A DNA stretch of 63,886 nucleotides, the filler included, from Aduncisulcus paluster (lineage: Eukaryota): assembly GCA_024181965.1 (NCBI GenBank). It is 6 parts of 6 records of this genome, joined end to end, with 100 filler letters (N's around TTAATTAATTAA, not from the genome) between each part and the next. Parts side by side here need not be neighbours in the genome. Positions count along the whole stretch, not along the records: positions 1 to 15,997 come from BQXS01009976.1; positions 16,098 to 24,834 come from BQXS01009978.1; 4 more parts are not named here. One strand, written 5' to 3'. Below the pieces are notes generated by a model. The model did not search any database. It was given only the letters and a program-made list of their open reading frames with translations, and had not been told where the DNA came from. The translations under genes were made by a program, and so were the position numbers. Positions 12,421-24,137 of this stretch are shown here, piece by piece. Each line of letters opens with the position of its first letter. The stretch's first letter is position 1.

Positions 12421-13056
12421 CTCATAATCTTTATTATTGATAGAATTCTTATTATTTTTGATAATATATTTTCATTTTTATGGTTCTAAGACTTTCATCA
12501 ATTTTTAATGCGAATAAACATGATGGAATTCAACAATAATGGCCGAAAACAATATGAATACTCATCCCATTCAATAGTATAGATAAGGATATCGTCTATA
12601 TTATTTATCGTTTAAAATCCATTCATAAATGCTACTTATGCTGAAAATTGAGCCATATAATATCCATGAACAATGCCATTGATCGATTTTGGTCCCCTCT
12701 AGGTTTATATTGGAACCAAAACTATATTTTAATTAGTATTTCTGCTTTTTGTATTCAATATTGTGCTAATACTCTTTTGTACGTTCAATTATCCCATTAT
12801 TATCATAATACATGAATCATGTAACATGATGATCATGTCTTCTTGGTAAAATTGGTCTTGTTTGACTGAATATTGGCGTTGGTTGAATATATATTTTTAT
12901 TTCTTTTATTTGTTATATTTATATCTATTTTATCAGACAGATACATGTGTCTTCCATCACTGATCCATGAAACCAAGGATTTACTATTAAATTAATATGA
13001 CATATGAATTTCTTATGATGAATATTCAATATTCCAATTCGTTCACATAAAATGTA

Positions 13057-15997
13057 TTATTTTTGTTGATATTTCCAATGAATACCCATTGAAGGGAAGA
13101 GCAGTTGATATTTCAAAGCCCTCTGAGAGATAAGGGCTGCACTACACAGCACAAGAGCATCATCTGTTCGTCGCATGAGCCTCCTCGCATGAGTTCGATA
13201 TTTCAGAGCCAAAGGAGTGCTGTATCGATCAGAGTGAGTCAGATACATCTTCGCCCACTCTAACATTGTGTCATCGCTCATGTGTGGAATGAATATAGGA
13301 TCTTGATCATGTTCAAAACTAATACTCGATTCAAAGCAATAGAAAACATGCTTTGTTAGGACATATATCACACTCTCAACACTGACTGTGATGGGTTCAA
13401 GTTCGCCAGCCTGATCAGACTCTATCTGGGTTTGCACCAGCTCCGTTGATTGTCCTTGTTCAATATTGTCACTTTGGGAGATCTTTGGCCTTGTCTGCAT
13501 CAAAGGTGTGGATGGAATCTTCCTTAACATATTACTTCCGCCATGAGCTCTCATTATACCTCCTGTCCGAACAGCCTCCACTTCAAGACACTTTTCCCAT
13601 AGGGTAACTGCGGAGAAAGGGGATTCTCTCGATGAGGACAAGTCAATGAGATGAGAGAAGAATAACAGAACAGTGTTAAACTCTTGAATTGTCATGGTTG
13701 GAGATAGGGGCAGAGAGACAGCAGCAGAAGAGTGAGTAAATGATGCCATGAGAGACATTGTCTTTGGATGAATGAGAGGAGGAGACGAGAGATTGGATCT
13801 TGATGACTCCCTAATCACGCCACCGCGAAGATCACGATGGGTGGAGAGATCCGCACTTATGGCAAGTGACTCATCAGGAATTGGGGGATCAATATATCCT
13901 GGAATAGTTTCATAGCCTTCAAAGGCACCAACACCACGCTCACTCCCAGCACACGCCTTGACAACGGCCTGAACATGCCTCTTGGCCTCCCTCTTGGCTT
14001 GAACGATAGTTGACATAATGAGAGAAAACAATTCAAAGCAAGAAATAAGTGGAGTATTCGAATGTTGGGGTTCATAATAACCGGAATGCATTAATTCAGT
14101 TTCCCTATCAACAATCTCTGAAGAAGAGAATCCACTGAGAGAAGCAGTTCCACTCATATTGCCGGAAGAAGAGAGAATTCCGTATAATTCTTTCCCTTTC
14201 CGCTCTTCAGACCTCCGTTGTCTTGCGAGAATGTCTTCCTGGAGCATTCCAAGTTCATTTCCGGCATAGTCATGGGCTATTAAAGGTGCAAGGAATTTGT
14301 CAGAAAGGGTAAGAGCCCCGTAGGCTGTAAGGGAGATATCCGTGATGGTTATGGAGGTCGAAGACATGGAAAACGTGGGCGTATTCAAAGACGAAGCAGG
14401 CATTGAAGCTGATGCCATTCCACTCGAAGTAGAATTATCTAATTTAGAGCGGCCAAGACCCTTATTCGACGATTCCAATTCATATTTTTGTTTGTTTTGA
14501 TGTATTTGCTCTTTTCTCGTATGATGCTTTGCAATCACAACACCAACCATTTTCCCACCTTTCTTCATCTCTGAACGAACATTAATCCACCATTCCTGAG
14601 CCAATTTCCATACCCAAACTTCTCTCAGAGACACCAAAACATATGCGAAATGCAACAACCAGCTATAATGCCGACTATTGACAACACAGAGATAAAAAGC
14701 AATCAAATGAAGGTCCGACAGGGAATCGAGTCCATATTTCATGCGTAGCTGTTGTTGACAAGACGCGAGGAAAGAAGGGAGTGAGCGACTGTGCGGGGAA
14801 GCAATGGCCATTGGTGTGAGTAAGCATGCTTGATGAATGAGGAAAGGATGAGACAGATCATCGAAGAGATAGCCTCTTGGTGGATTACGTATCAAAGGAA
14901 GCAGAGGAGGAGGAATCAACAACGCAGGCCCTTTCGAGTCGGACATAATAAAACCACCTTGATTTGGAATGCGACGTCTCTTGTTTCCGACAGAAATTGA
15001 AGTGACTTTGGGTGCTTTCAACATACCGATTGGGAAAGGTCTTGAATGTGATGAAGACACTGAAGATGAATTCTCAGAAGATGATTGAGATGAATCAGAG
15101 CCTTGTTTTGATGTTGAATGGTCTCCTGCATCAAGGTGCAATTTCATTCGAGACGAAGGCCGAAGCAAAGATAATGTCACTTTTGGAGGGTGATCCGAAT
15201 TGGTTGAGGGTTGAATTCCACTCTGATCACTCATTTCATCACTTTCATTGCCATTCATCACATGGGTTGTCAAATTAGATGATTTAAGAGGTTTGTCCGC
15301 TGAAATATGTACAGAATCTCTCTGATCACTGGTTAATGTTGGATCCTTGACTAATTCGTCCATGTTAACACTAGACTTTGGTTCAGTAGAATGCGATAAA
15401 CCTGAGATATCTTTAATGGAGAAAACATCAGAGTGAACCCGATCACCATGAACATCCTTTGAATGCTGAATTGAAGAAACAATTTTAGAGCCACTGTGAC
15501 TAACATTACGACCTTGTACAGTCCTCTCACCTCGTACAACATGGTCAGTATAATCAGGATGAGAGTTTGATTTGATATCTGTGCCATCATCTCCTGTGGA
15601 ACCATCGATCTCGCTCTGATGTTGACGATCAGCTTTATCGTGAACTTGGTGTTCAGACTCAGAGTCAACAGATTCACCATTTGAATCGATATCTACACTT
15701 CTCTGAGAGGAATGTTGTTGTTCACTATGCTTTGGTTTAGACAGAGAACTGGTCTTGAGCGAGGATGAATGGTCTGAAGAAGTTGAAGTACGAGACGAAT
15801 CTTTTCCTTTCCCTTTTCCAGCTTTCTTTCCTTTTTTCTTCCCTTTCTTTCCTTTCTTTTTACCAGATTCAGTCTCTTGTTTCTTTCTCTCTTCTTCCTC
15901 CTCTTCCTCTTTCTTCTTCCTTTCCGCTTCTTCCTCTTCTCTCTTCCTCTTTTCTTCTTCTTCTTCTTCTTTCTTCTTCCTTTCCCTCGCTTCCTCT
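13057..15997 (-). CDS. Hypothetical protein, 5'-partial (frame open to contig end), K/E- and Ser-rich N-terminal part
   Basis: The 768-aa ORF frame has no stop between 15364 and the gap at 15998 (checked codon by codon). Confidence 0.75.
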
Positions 15998-16097
15998 NNN
16001 NNNNNNNNNNNNNNNNNNNNNNNNNNNNNNNNNNNNNNNNNTTAATTAATTAANNNNNNNNNNNNNNNNNNNNNNNNNNNNNNNNNNNNNNNNNNNN
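15998..16097. other. Artificial contig linker (N44-TTAATTAATTAA-N44)
   Basis: Six-frame stop spacer within N runs; same structure occurs five times. Confidence 0.98.
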
Positions 16098-17372
16098 AAG
16101 CTTCGTCAAGTGTGATTGCCTTCATTTCGTCATTCATGACAAATCAATCAAATGAAGTGCTCGGTCACGAAGCTGACAATCAAACCAAAAGGAAGAAGAA
16201 GAAGAAAAAGAGGAGAAGAAAGAAAGAGGAGAAAGAAAAAGATGAAGAAGAAGAGGAGGAGGAAAAGAAAAAAGCTGTCGGAGTTGGATCTCGTGAGCAT
16301 TCTGGATGTCTGGAAAGTGTTGATATGAAGAATCATAATTCGTTATATACGGATTCTGCATTGAATGATGAAGTTGAAGTTGGGAAGAAAGTCACTTTGA
16401 AGAAGAAAAGGAGGAAGAAACATAAGGAGAAAGAGAAAGAAAGTGTCAGGAAGGATGATGATTCTTTGGAAGGAAAAGAAAAAAGCTGTCGGAGTTGGAT
16501 CTCGTGAGCATTCTGGATGTCTGGAAAGTGTTGATATGAAGAATCATAATTCGTTATATACGGATTCTGCATTGAATGATGAAGTTGAAGTTGGGAAGAA
16601 AGTCACTTTGAAGAAGAAAAGGAGGAAGAAACATAAGGAGAAAGAGAAAGAAAGTGTCAGGAAGGATGATGATTCTTTGGAAGGAAAAGAAGAAGAGAAA
16701 GAAGAAGAGGAGAAAGAATCGCATCAATCTCAGAGAGAGAAGAGAATCGAGTTTGGTGGAAAACGAACCGAGTTTGGTGGAAAACGAAGAAATAGTGGAG
16801 ACCATTGTAATAGCATAGACGGTGTTGTTTCGGATGGCAATGAAGATACTAAATCTATTTTTGGGGCTGAGAAAGTTCGCAAACGTCGGGTTACCTTTGA
16901 TTGTGTTGTTCATGTTCTCAACAAAGAAGATTCAAAGAAATCTGAACTTGATGTGGGTAATTCGGTTTTAAAGATTGTAGGAAGTTCAGGACAGGAAGGG
17001 GAAGGAAAGAAGAAAGAGGAAGAAAAGAATGAGAAGAAGAAGAGAAAGAAGAAGAAGAAGAAGAGAAAGACTGAGAATAGTGAGGATATCTCATCTTCAC
17101 ATTCGCTTCTTGAGAGGCCACCTATTGTTCGTGTTGATCATGTTGGTGAATCTGATGTCAGCAAGGCAAAGAAATCCTCTGAAAAGGACAATGTTGATGA
17201 TAGAAATGAGAGTTGTAATATGAAGGTTGTTCAATCTGCTTTCGCTTCTTCATCCCTGACAAAACTCACAATACCCGTATTAAAGACATTTCTAAAGGAG
17301 AAACATCTTAAAGTTGGGGGCAAAAAGGTTGAATTGATTGATAGAATTACAGAATTCTTTGGTTCTCAATGA
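16098..17372 (+). CDS. K/E-rich protein with C-terminal SAP DNA-binding motif; 5'-partial, frameshifted by a 211-bp tandem duplication
   Basis: The C-terminus LTKLTIPVLKTFLKEKHLKVGGKKVELIDRITEF fits the SAP consensus. AAGCTGTCGG occurs at 16272 and 16483. Confidence 0.75.
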
Positions 17373-17751
17373 TAAATTTTGTTTGTTTGTTTTTTGTTTT
17401 CTAAAAATAGAAATTCTAAAAATAGATTTGGGTCATTTTATTTCTCGATGGAGAGTATAACAACAAAACTCACAAGAAGGGCACAATTCTTTTTGACCGC
17501 ATTTGACCTATGGAACCTGGCCAGACGGACAGAGAGAACGAAAAAAGACTGTAGAATGGATCCAATAAAATACTTCCGATTTGTAGATATATAGAAACTA
17601 ATCTGGCCCACAAAAGTCACGGCATAGGTAATTAATAGTTGAATGATGGATACGGCAAAAATAGAATGATTTGAGAAGGAAAAGCATCGTTCAATGAGAA
17701 ATTGAATGAACCAGGAGACAATTGTTCCAAAAAGCCAGAATAATATCTCAT

Positions 17752-18597
17752 TTATATTTTTTCGGCGATAACTTCAAGCATATAGTCAATATAATGCAAT
17801 CCATCGTCTTGTAAGGGGTGTAATTTGATATACTCATCAACAATTGCCCTAATAAACAATTCTCCTTCATCACCAAGGTATGGAAGATGTGGCAACCAAC
17901 CGGCTATCCACCGTTCAAACTCACCCCGTGACGAAAATACAATCTCTGGCCTGACAATATTCATATATACGGGAATGAATCCCACATCAACAAGTTGTTG
18001 ACGGAGTTCGGACATATCGGGGCAAAAATGAGGTTTTTTCTCAATTTCGAGAACTTTTGCCTCCCAATCTTTCCGTTTGGCAAGAACTGCCTTTCTGGCA
18101 TTGTCAATTCTATCTGACACCGAGATTTTGGGAGCACAGTATAGGACTAATTTCCCTCCTGTTGGTTTCAGTTTTTGAATAATATTTGAAAGAAAGGCCA
18201 CATGATTGGGTATCCAATGTAAACAAGAGAATGAGAATACCACGTCAACGGGCGAAATTGAAATGAGGGCATCTTTGGCTTGAACATCTCCTTGAAGGAA
18301 ATCGACGGATTTCATTCCTTTGAATAGCTTCCTGGCATGTTCAACCATAGATTTATCCAAATCAATACCTTGTAAAGTTCTTGGAGAAAATCTATCATAT
18401 ATTGCTTTTGTTACTCTTCCTGAGCCACATCCAACGTCCAGGATATCCAAATTCGGTGGGAAAAATAATTTCTTTAAAAATCCATTCGCCCATATCATTT
18501 GAACCGAATCTTGCTTGTCATATATCACAGCATTCCACTGTTTTTTGGAAGTTCCAGCTCCAAGAGGGGATATCTTAGCATGGTGTTTAGAATCCAT
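17752..18597 (-). CDS. Class I SAM-dependent methyltransferase (trans-aconitate methyltransferase-like)
   Basis: Motif I ILDVGCGSG, GIDLDKSMVEHAR, DVVFSFSCLHWIPNH, LKPTGGKL. Confidence 0.9.
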   Translation of the reverse strand: MDSKHHAKISPLGAGTSKKQWNAVIYDKQDSVQMIWANGFLKKLFFPPNLDILDVGCGSGRVTKAIYDRFSPRTLQGIDLDKSMVEHARKLFKGMKSVDFLQGDVQAKDALISISPVDVVFSFSCLHWIPNHVAFLSNIIQKLKPTGGKLVLYCAPKISVSDRIDNARKAVLAKRKDWEAKVLEIEKKPHFCPDMSELRQQLVDVGFIPVYMNIVRPEIVFSSRGEFERWIAGWLPHLPYLGDEGELFIRAIVDEYIKLHPLQDDGLHYIDYMLEVIAEKI

Positions 18598-18845
18598 TTA
18601 AATTGGTAGAGAACGTTAAAAAATATTGATTTAGAAATAGTTTTAATAAGTGTAGTAACGAAACCCCATTGAATAAAATCTTTTTCTTTTTGAGGTTCAA
18701 AGGCCTTTTTATCAGTTTTATTTTCGGCAATTCTTCAATATTATATCGATATTATATATAATATTGGTGCTAATGGATTATGAGTCCGATATTTTATGAC
18801 GAAATAGGATTTCACATAAGAACGGAAATTGGTAAATATTATATA

Positions 18846-19889
18846 TTATTCGGAGATAAATCGTAATCCTTGTAAAGAACACCAATCATTGCCAATTTTC
18901 AAGGAAGAAACACAACGAAACTCACACTTTAATATCAAATTTGGAATGGTGACTGGTAACTTGATCCACCTATAACAGAAATCGTCTTCCCAAGGGATGT
19001 GATAAGAGAGGATAATGTCTTTTCCGTCAATGGAAGTAAAAACGATGTCCAAATCTTCGAAACAAGAAGTTGTCAATTTTATGCAAAGATGAATATTATC
19101 AATTAAAACCGGGGATGCAAATGAGAAAGAAAGATTATAGAATGCTATTGGAGATTTATCCGAAAGAAAGGAAGATATATCATCAATTGAATAATCCCAT
19201 GCCAACTTGCCTGAAACACAATCAATATTTGGAATAATAACCTTTGGGTGTGTTAAAGGAAGAGGAGCATCTCCTATGTCTCCATTTTTAATATATTCAA
19301 CTTGATGAGACCTTCCTTGGCGGAGTTTTTGTTCATGATCACGTTTCATAACATAAGGAAGTGAATCTTCTGCTGGCATTTCAAATCGAATGCCAAAAAG
19401 AGTTCCAAATTCATCATGAGTGGAGGCTATCGAATCATCGGAGTCTGATTTTGACCATGTTTCAATACATTGTATATGAGATTCAACAATGTCATGAACA
19501 TCTGCATGAAGAGACAACCAAAAGGGTTTGGATTCAACTTTTGGTACTAAATATCTTATAATAGTATTATTTCCAGAAGATGATAAAAAATTAAACTCGA
19601 GAATCTTGATCTGTGTAGAGCAGCCAACAACACAAATATGAATACGATTAATATTGAATGCTGAAACAAATGGTAAACATATTAAGTGAAACCTCAATTT
19701 GTGATTCCCGAATATGAATTGGGTCAAACTCTTGGATTGTTTTCTTCGACATAAGGGCATTTGAGCCGTGGTTTCATCAATATGAATCAGTTTTGGATCA
19801 ATTAACTTGATTGGCGGTTCTAACCTTCCACCAGCTTTTTCAACAATGGCTTCTCTAACCTCAAGATTCAAAACACAGATCCATAACAA
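18846..19889 (-). CDS. Protein with two divergent copies of the lineage-expanded beta-sandwich-like domain
   Basis: FYNLSFSFASPVLIDNIHLCI...LDIVFTSIDGK...WIKLPV...CEF...LQGLRF parallels the repeats at 20504-24137. Start uncertain (TTG). Confidence 0.65.
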   Translation of the reverse strand: MLWICVLNLEVREAIVEKAGGRLEPPIKLIDPKLIHIDETTAQMPLCRRKQSKSLTQFIFGNHKLRFHLICLPFVSAFNINRIHICVVGCSTQIKILEFNFLSSSGNNTIIRYLVPKVESKPFWLSLHADVHDIVESHIQCIETWSKSDSDDSIASTHDEFGTLFGIRFEMPAEDSLPYVMKRDHEQKLRQGRSHQVEYIKNGDIGDAPLPLTHPKVIIPNIDCVSGKLAWDYSIDDISSFLSDKSPIAFYNLSFSFASPVLIDNIHLCIKLTTSCFEDLDIVFTSIDGKDIILSYHIPWEDDFCYRWIKLPVTIPNLILKCEFRCVSSLKIGNDWCSLQGLRFISE

Positions 19890-20072
19890 ATAAATAACGG
19901 TGGCAAATCAGAACTAAGTCCAAGATTTATATCATAAATAGAAAAGTAACAAAAAATAATGATTCATACTTTCATGAATTGGACAATTTTAACCAAAACA
20001 TGAAAAGAGAAATACGGCGAAAAAAAAACGATTTATGAAATATGTATTATACTATTAAAAAAATTAAAATGT

Positions 20073-20143
20073 GTTCCCGTGGTGTAATGGCAGCATGCCG
20101 GATTTCTAATCCGATGATCCGGGTTCAAATCCCGGCGGGAACG
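20073..20143 (+). tRNA. tRNA-Arg(TCT)
   Basis: Acceptor GTTCCCG/CGGGAAC, anticodon arm CGGA-TTTCTAA-TCCG, T arm CCGGG-TTCAAAT-CCCGG, T5 terminator downstream. Confidence 0.92.
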
Positions 20144-20305
20144 AATTTTTGTAAATTATTCTGAGCAATCTGTGGTATTCACTGAACTAATTGTTGAGCG
20201 TAAGCCAATTTACTCATGTATATTATCCTGATAGCTCTTCCGGCAATATAATTGTGTTTCTATTGAACAAAATTGATTTGAGAAAATAGTTATTTTTTCA
20301 CTTTT

Positions 20306-20412
20306 GGTCTAGTAGTTCAATGGGAGAACACCCATCTACTGTATACGATTATTCCAAATGGAAAAAACGTCTTCTTGTGTGGGAAGTCTGGGTTCGATTC
20401 CCGGTGAGACCG
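20306..20412 (+). tRNA. Atypical tRNA or tRNA pseudogene with a ~36-nt anticodon-loop insertion; identity ambiguous
   Basis: Acceptor GGTCTAG/TGAGACC (one mismatch), D arm GTTC-AATGGGA-GAAC, anticodon stem CCCAT/GTGGG enclosing 43 nt, T arm CTGGG-TTCGATT-CCCGG, T5 immediately after. Confidence 0.65.
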
Positions 20413-20503
20413 TTTTTATGATTAATGATGAAAGGATCAGAATTCCAACAACTACTGTGGGTTAATGATACCACTATTAGAGATAGCGCTTTTGTGGCAC
20501 ATT

Positions 20504-23500
20504 TTATTCAATACTTCCAACAGAGCCATCATACTTCATACGTTGTTCATGGATAATGGAATCAATGCTTGGACATTCATAGCCTTCTCCAATCTTGGGC
20601 AAGAAACGTTTGATGCATTGAACTTTGACACGGGCTTGGTGGACACTCATGCGTTTGTCAGCATCCAGAAGAGTGAGACCTGTGAACACATCATTCAAAC
20701 AAGAATAAACAGCCTTGAACTTCCCATCGTCAATGTGATTGAGAGATTTGAACAAAGGAGAATCCTTGAGTTTGGTTGTTCTGTTTTTCTCAATCAGCGT
20801 CATGAGAGCATCGCTGAACACAGTTTTATCGGAGATTCCTCGAAGTAATGGAATTTGTAAGAATGGGATTTGACACAAAAACAGGGCAAGGATTGCAATT
20901 CCAAGAGAGTAGCCATCACTTGACTGAGTTTGAATTCCACACAGGGATTGATATGAATTATAGACAAGAGGACCTAAAATTGAACTTTCTTCAGACAAAA
21001 TGGATGTATGATACCTCTTAGAAGATGCTGAAATAGAGATGGAATCCTGGATCTCGACCATTCCAAGATCAGCAAGAACAATGGTACACTTCTCAGAAGA
21101 TGGATCAACACGAACAAGGAAGTTGGAAGGTTTGATATCTCGATGAATAAAACTTGGTTTTGTGGTGAACACATCATCAAGACATTCAATCATTCCAACA
21201 CATAGGGCAGAAAGTTTTACGGGGTTCAGTATCATGGGATCAAAGGATGAAGAATGTTTTTGAGATGTATAATCCGAGGAACAACTTGAATCGGAGATAG
21301 AATCATCAGAGTCTTCATCCTCTCTTGCACTCACATACTTACCATCAGCACACCACCTCTTTGCAAAGGAACTTATACTGCCTCCAACACAGAATTCCGT
21401 CATAAATCCATATACACCTCTGTAAGTATCATCGAGAAGGTCAAGGATATACAGAGGACGTGGGATTCGGCTGAAACAGTTGAGATTGGAAAAGAGCTTG
21501 AGTTGGGCCTTGAACTCCTTCAGACATCGTTTAGTGACAGATCGGTCTCCATTTCGAAGCATCTTCTTCAGAACACATGGAAAGGGAAGATCATCAAGCT
21601 TAACAAGAAGAACCTCTCCGAATCCACCACTGCCAATGATACACTGGGGAGTGATGGTGGATGCAGAAGTCAGGATTAGCGAATCACGGTGGTGGTTTTG
21701 TTTCTCTTTGATAATTTGTTTCTCTTTGATAATTTGTTTCTCATCTTTTGGTGAAACATCATTTTTCTTTTTACAGACTATTTCTTCTTTTGACTCCTCT
21801 TTTACAAGCAAAGGTGAAAGTTTGGGGTTTATAATTTTAGTTGATTTCGTAGGTTGGGAATCTTTTCGTTGTTTGACTGGAATTTCTTTGTTCTCTTCCT
21901 CCTTCGAAGACTTTTCTTCTTCTTTTTCAGCTTCCAAAGGCCTAGATAATATCTCTTTGGATGCCTTGGAGGAATAGGGAGGAAGAGGAGTGGGAAGAGG
22001 AAGAGAAGTGGGAATATCGTTACCTCGAATGAATACAAGACCAAAGATGTGGAAATATCGACAATTCTTTTCTTTCCATCTTCTTTTCCCTTCAATCTCA
22101 CATAAAACAACATTCATCAAATTAATAGGAAGGAAGAGCCATTCATATTCATACTTAGGTCTTGAGAATTCATACTTTTTGGAAGTCTTCTTGCCATCAT
22201 GATCAGTGAAAGTGAAGAGGAGAGATGGTGAACTGAGAAACTTGCTCACACAAATATACGACCCTTTCATATGACAAGATGATGGGAAAGGTGTGGAAAG
22301 TTGGGATAAAAATGCAGAATCTATTCCCTTTAACATCCTTTTTGTATCTGAACTTCGATCATATTCCTTAGATTCCTTACTATATGAGTCATTCTTTCCC
22401 TTAACCATCAAGAATGAAGGATATACGAGATTGGGATCATTGCGTGGAATAGGACATGAATTTTTTCCCTCAGTTTTAACATCTCCTTTCTTTACAAATT
22501 CTGGCTTCACAACTGCAGTTTCAAACCATAGTTTCTCCTTTGCTTCTCGAATGATTGTTTCTTCGGTGGTTTCTTCTCTGATAAAAACGAGGGATCTGAT
22601 TCTAAAAGACTTAATAATATCTTGGGGGGTTGAAATTTCACAATTAATTATATCAGAGAGGTCAATAGGAAGGAAATACCAATTCGAACCCTTAACTGTT
22701 CCTTTAAATTCAGAAAAACCATAATATTGTGCTATTTCTCTCTTCGTTGAAGATTGGAAAGTGAAGAGGAATCTTTCGGGACAACAATTGCTCAGACAGA
22801 TATATGCACCTTTAATTTGAGAAGCTGAAGAAAAAGGAATGGAAATCTCGGTAAACTTTCCAGAATTATACTCTTGTTTCATCATCTTTTGAGCATCACA
22901 ACTTCTATCCTGTGTCTCAGGAAGCTCAAGAATATTTTTCTTAAGATCACTTTGTTTCCACTCCGAGTGAGAAGAGTCTTCTGCTTGAACAGAAGCAATA
23001 TTTACACTTACAATATTTGGAGCATCTCCAGGAATTGGACAGCAATCACGATCGCCCTTGAGAACCAGCTTGGTTTTATATCGGCTCGAATAAAATCTAA
23101 GGATTCGAAAACAAAATACCGACTCGATTTTCTCCCAATTCCTTCCCCTTCAATCTCACATAATACAACATTATCTAAATCAATAGGAAGGAAATGACAC
23201 TCGTGATGATATGTAGGCTGTGCAAAATCATACTTTTTATATGTCTTCTTGCCATCATCATCAGTGAAAGTGAAGAGGAGAGAATAGCTTTTTTCAGTCA
23301 TATCCATACAGATATAAGCACCTTTCAGAGGGTTAGGTGATGGAAAAGGGATGGAAATATGGGATAATCTGACAAACATTTGTCCTTCTAACATTCTTTG
23401 TGCATCAATACTTTTGTCATACTCTTCTGATTCCCTACTTTTCGAATCATCTCTCCCTTTTACCATCTCTAAGAAGGACTAATAGAGCATGTTGAATCAT

Positions 23501-24137
23501 AAGATGGACACAATCCGCAATCATAAGATCGGTATCCATCAGAATCAGGCTCATCGTCATAAGATCCATCAATAAACTTTGGTTCCACAACTTGCGCTTC
23601 GGACCAGAGTTTCTTGTTGGCTTCGCGAGCTATTATTTCTTGAGGAAAGTCTTCTCTAAAAAAAACGACTGATTCGACGAGAAAACCCTCATAAATTCTT
23701 CCTTTTCCTGAAATCTCACACAATTCAACATCAGGGAGGTCAATAGGAAGGAAATACCAATGATAACCCCGAAATTCAGGAAATTCATATTTTTTAGACG
23801 TTTTTTCATCCATTGAAGATGTAAAAGTGAGGGTTAGATGAGATGGAGGTGCAAGGCCACACAAACAGATATATGCGCCTTTGATTGGGGAAGTTGAGGT
23901 GAAAGGTATGGAAATATAGGTGAATTTTTTAATATTAAATCCTCCTTTCATCATATTTTGTGCAAAAATATCATATACGTATTCAAATCCCTTGATAATA
24001 GTTCTTCCTTTGATTGAGGATAATATTGGACTTATAATATTGGGTTTATCTTGAGGAATTGGATAATTATCTCTTTGTCCTTCATGAATGAACTTGGGTT
24101 TCACGTTTTGAATAGTTGGAGAGGAATACATTGACAT
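20504..24137 (-). CDS. Four tandem lineage-specific repeat domains + C-terminal Ser/Thr kinase; two single-base frameshifts (pseudogene or sequencing errors)
   Basis: Kinase motifs IIGSGGFGEV, VLKK, HRDIKPSNFLV and DLG. ORFs 23469-24137, 23008-23466 and 20504-22885 join into one colinear repeat array with -1 shifts at ~23470 and ~23071. Confidence 0.8.

Noticed and set aside
16042-16053. Recurrent TTAATTAATTAA palindrome (five copies)
   Set aside because: Always centred in N44 runs; an artificial six-frame-stop linker, not biology.
16262-16690. 211-bp tandem duplication in the SAP-domain gene
   Set aside because: Exact copy anchored in GGAAAAGAA low-complexity sequence near a contig start and it breaks the frame; most likely mis-assembly.
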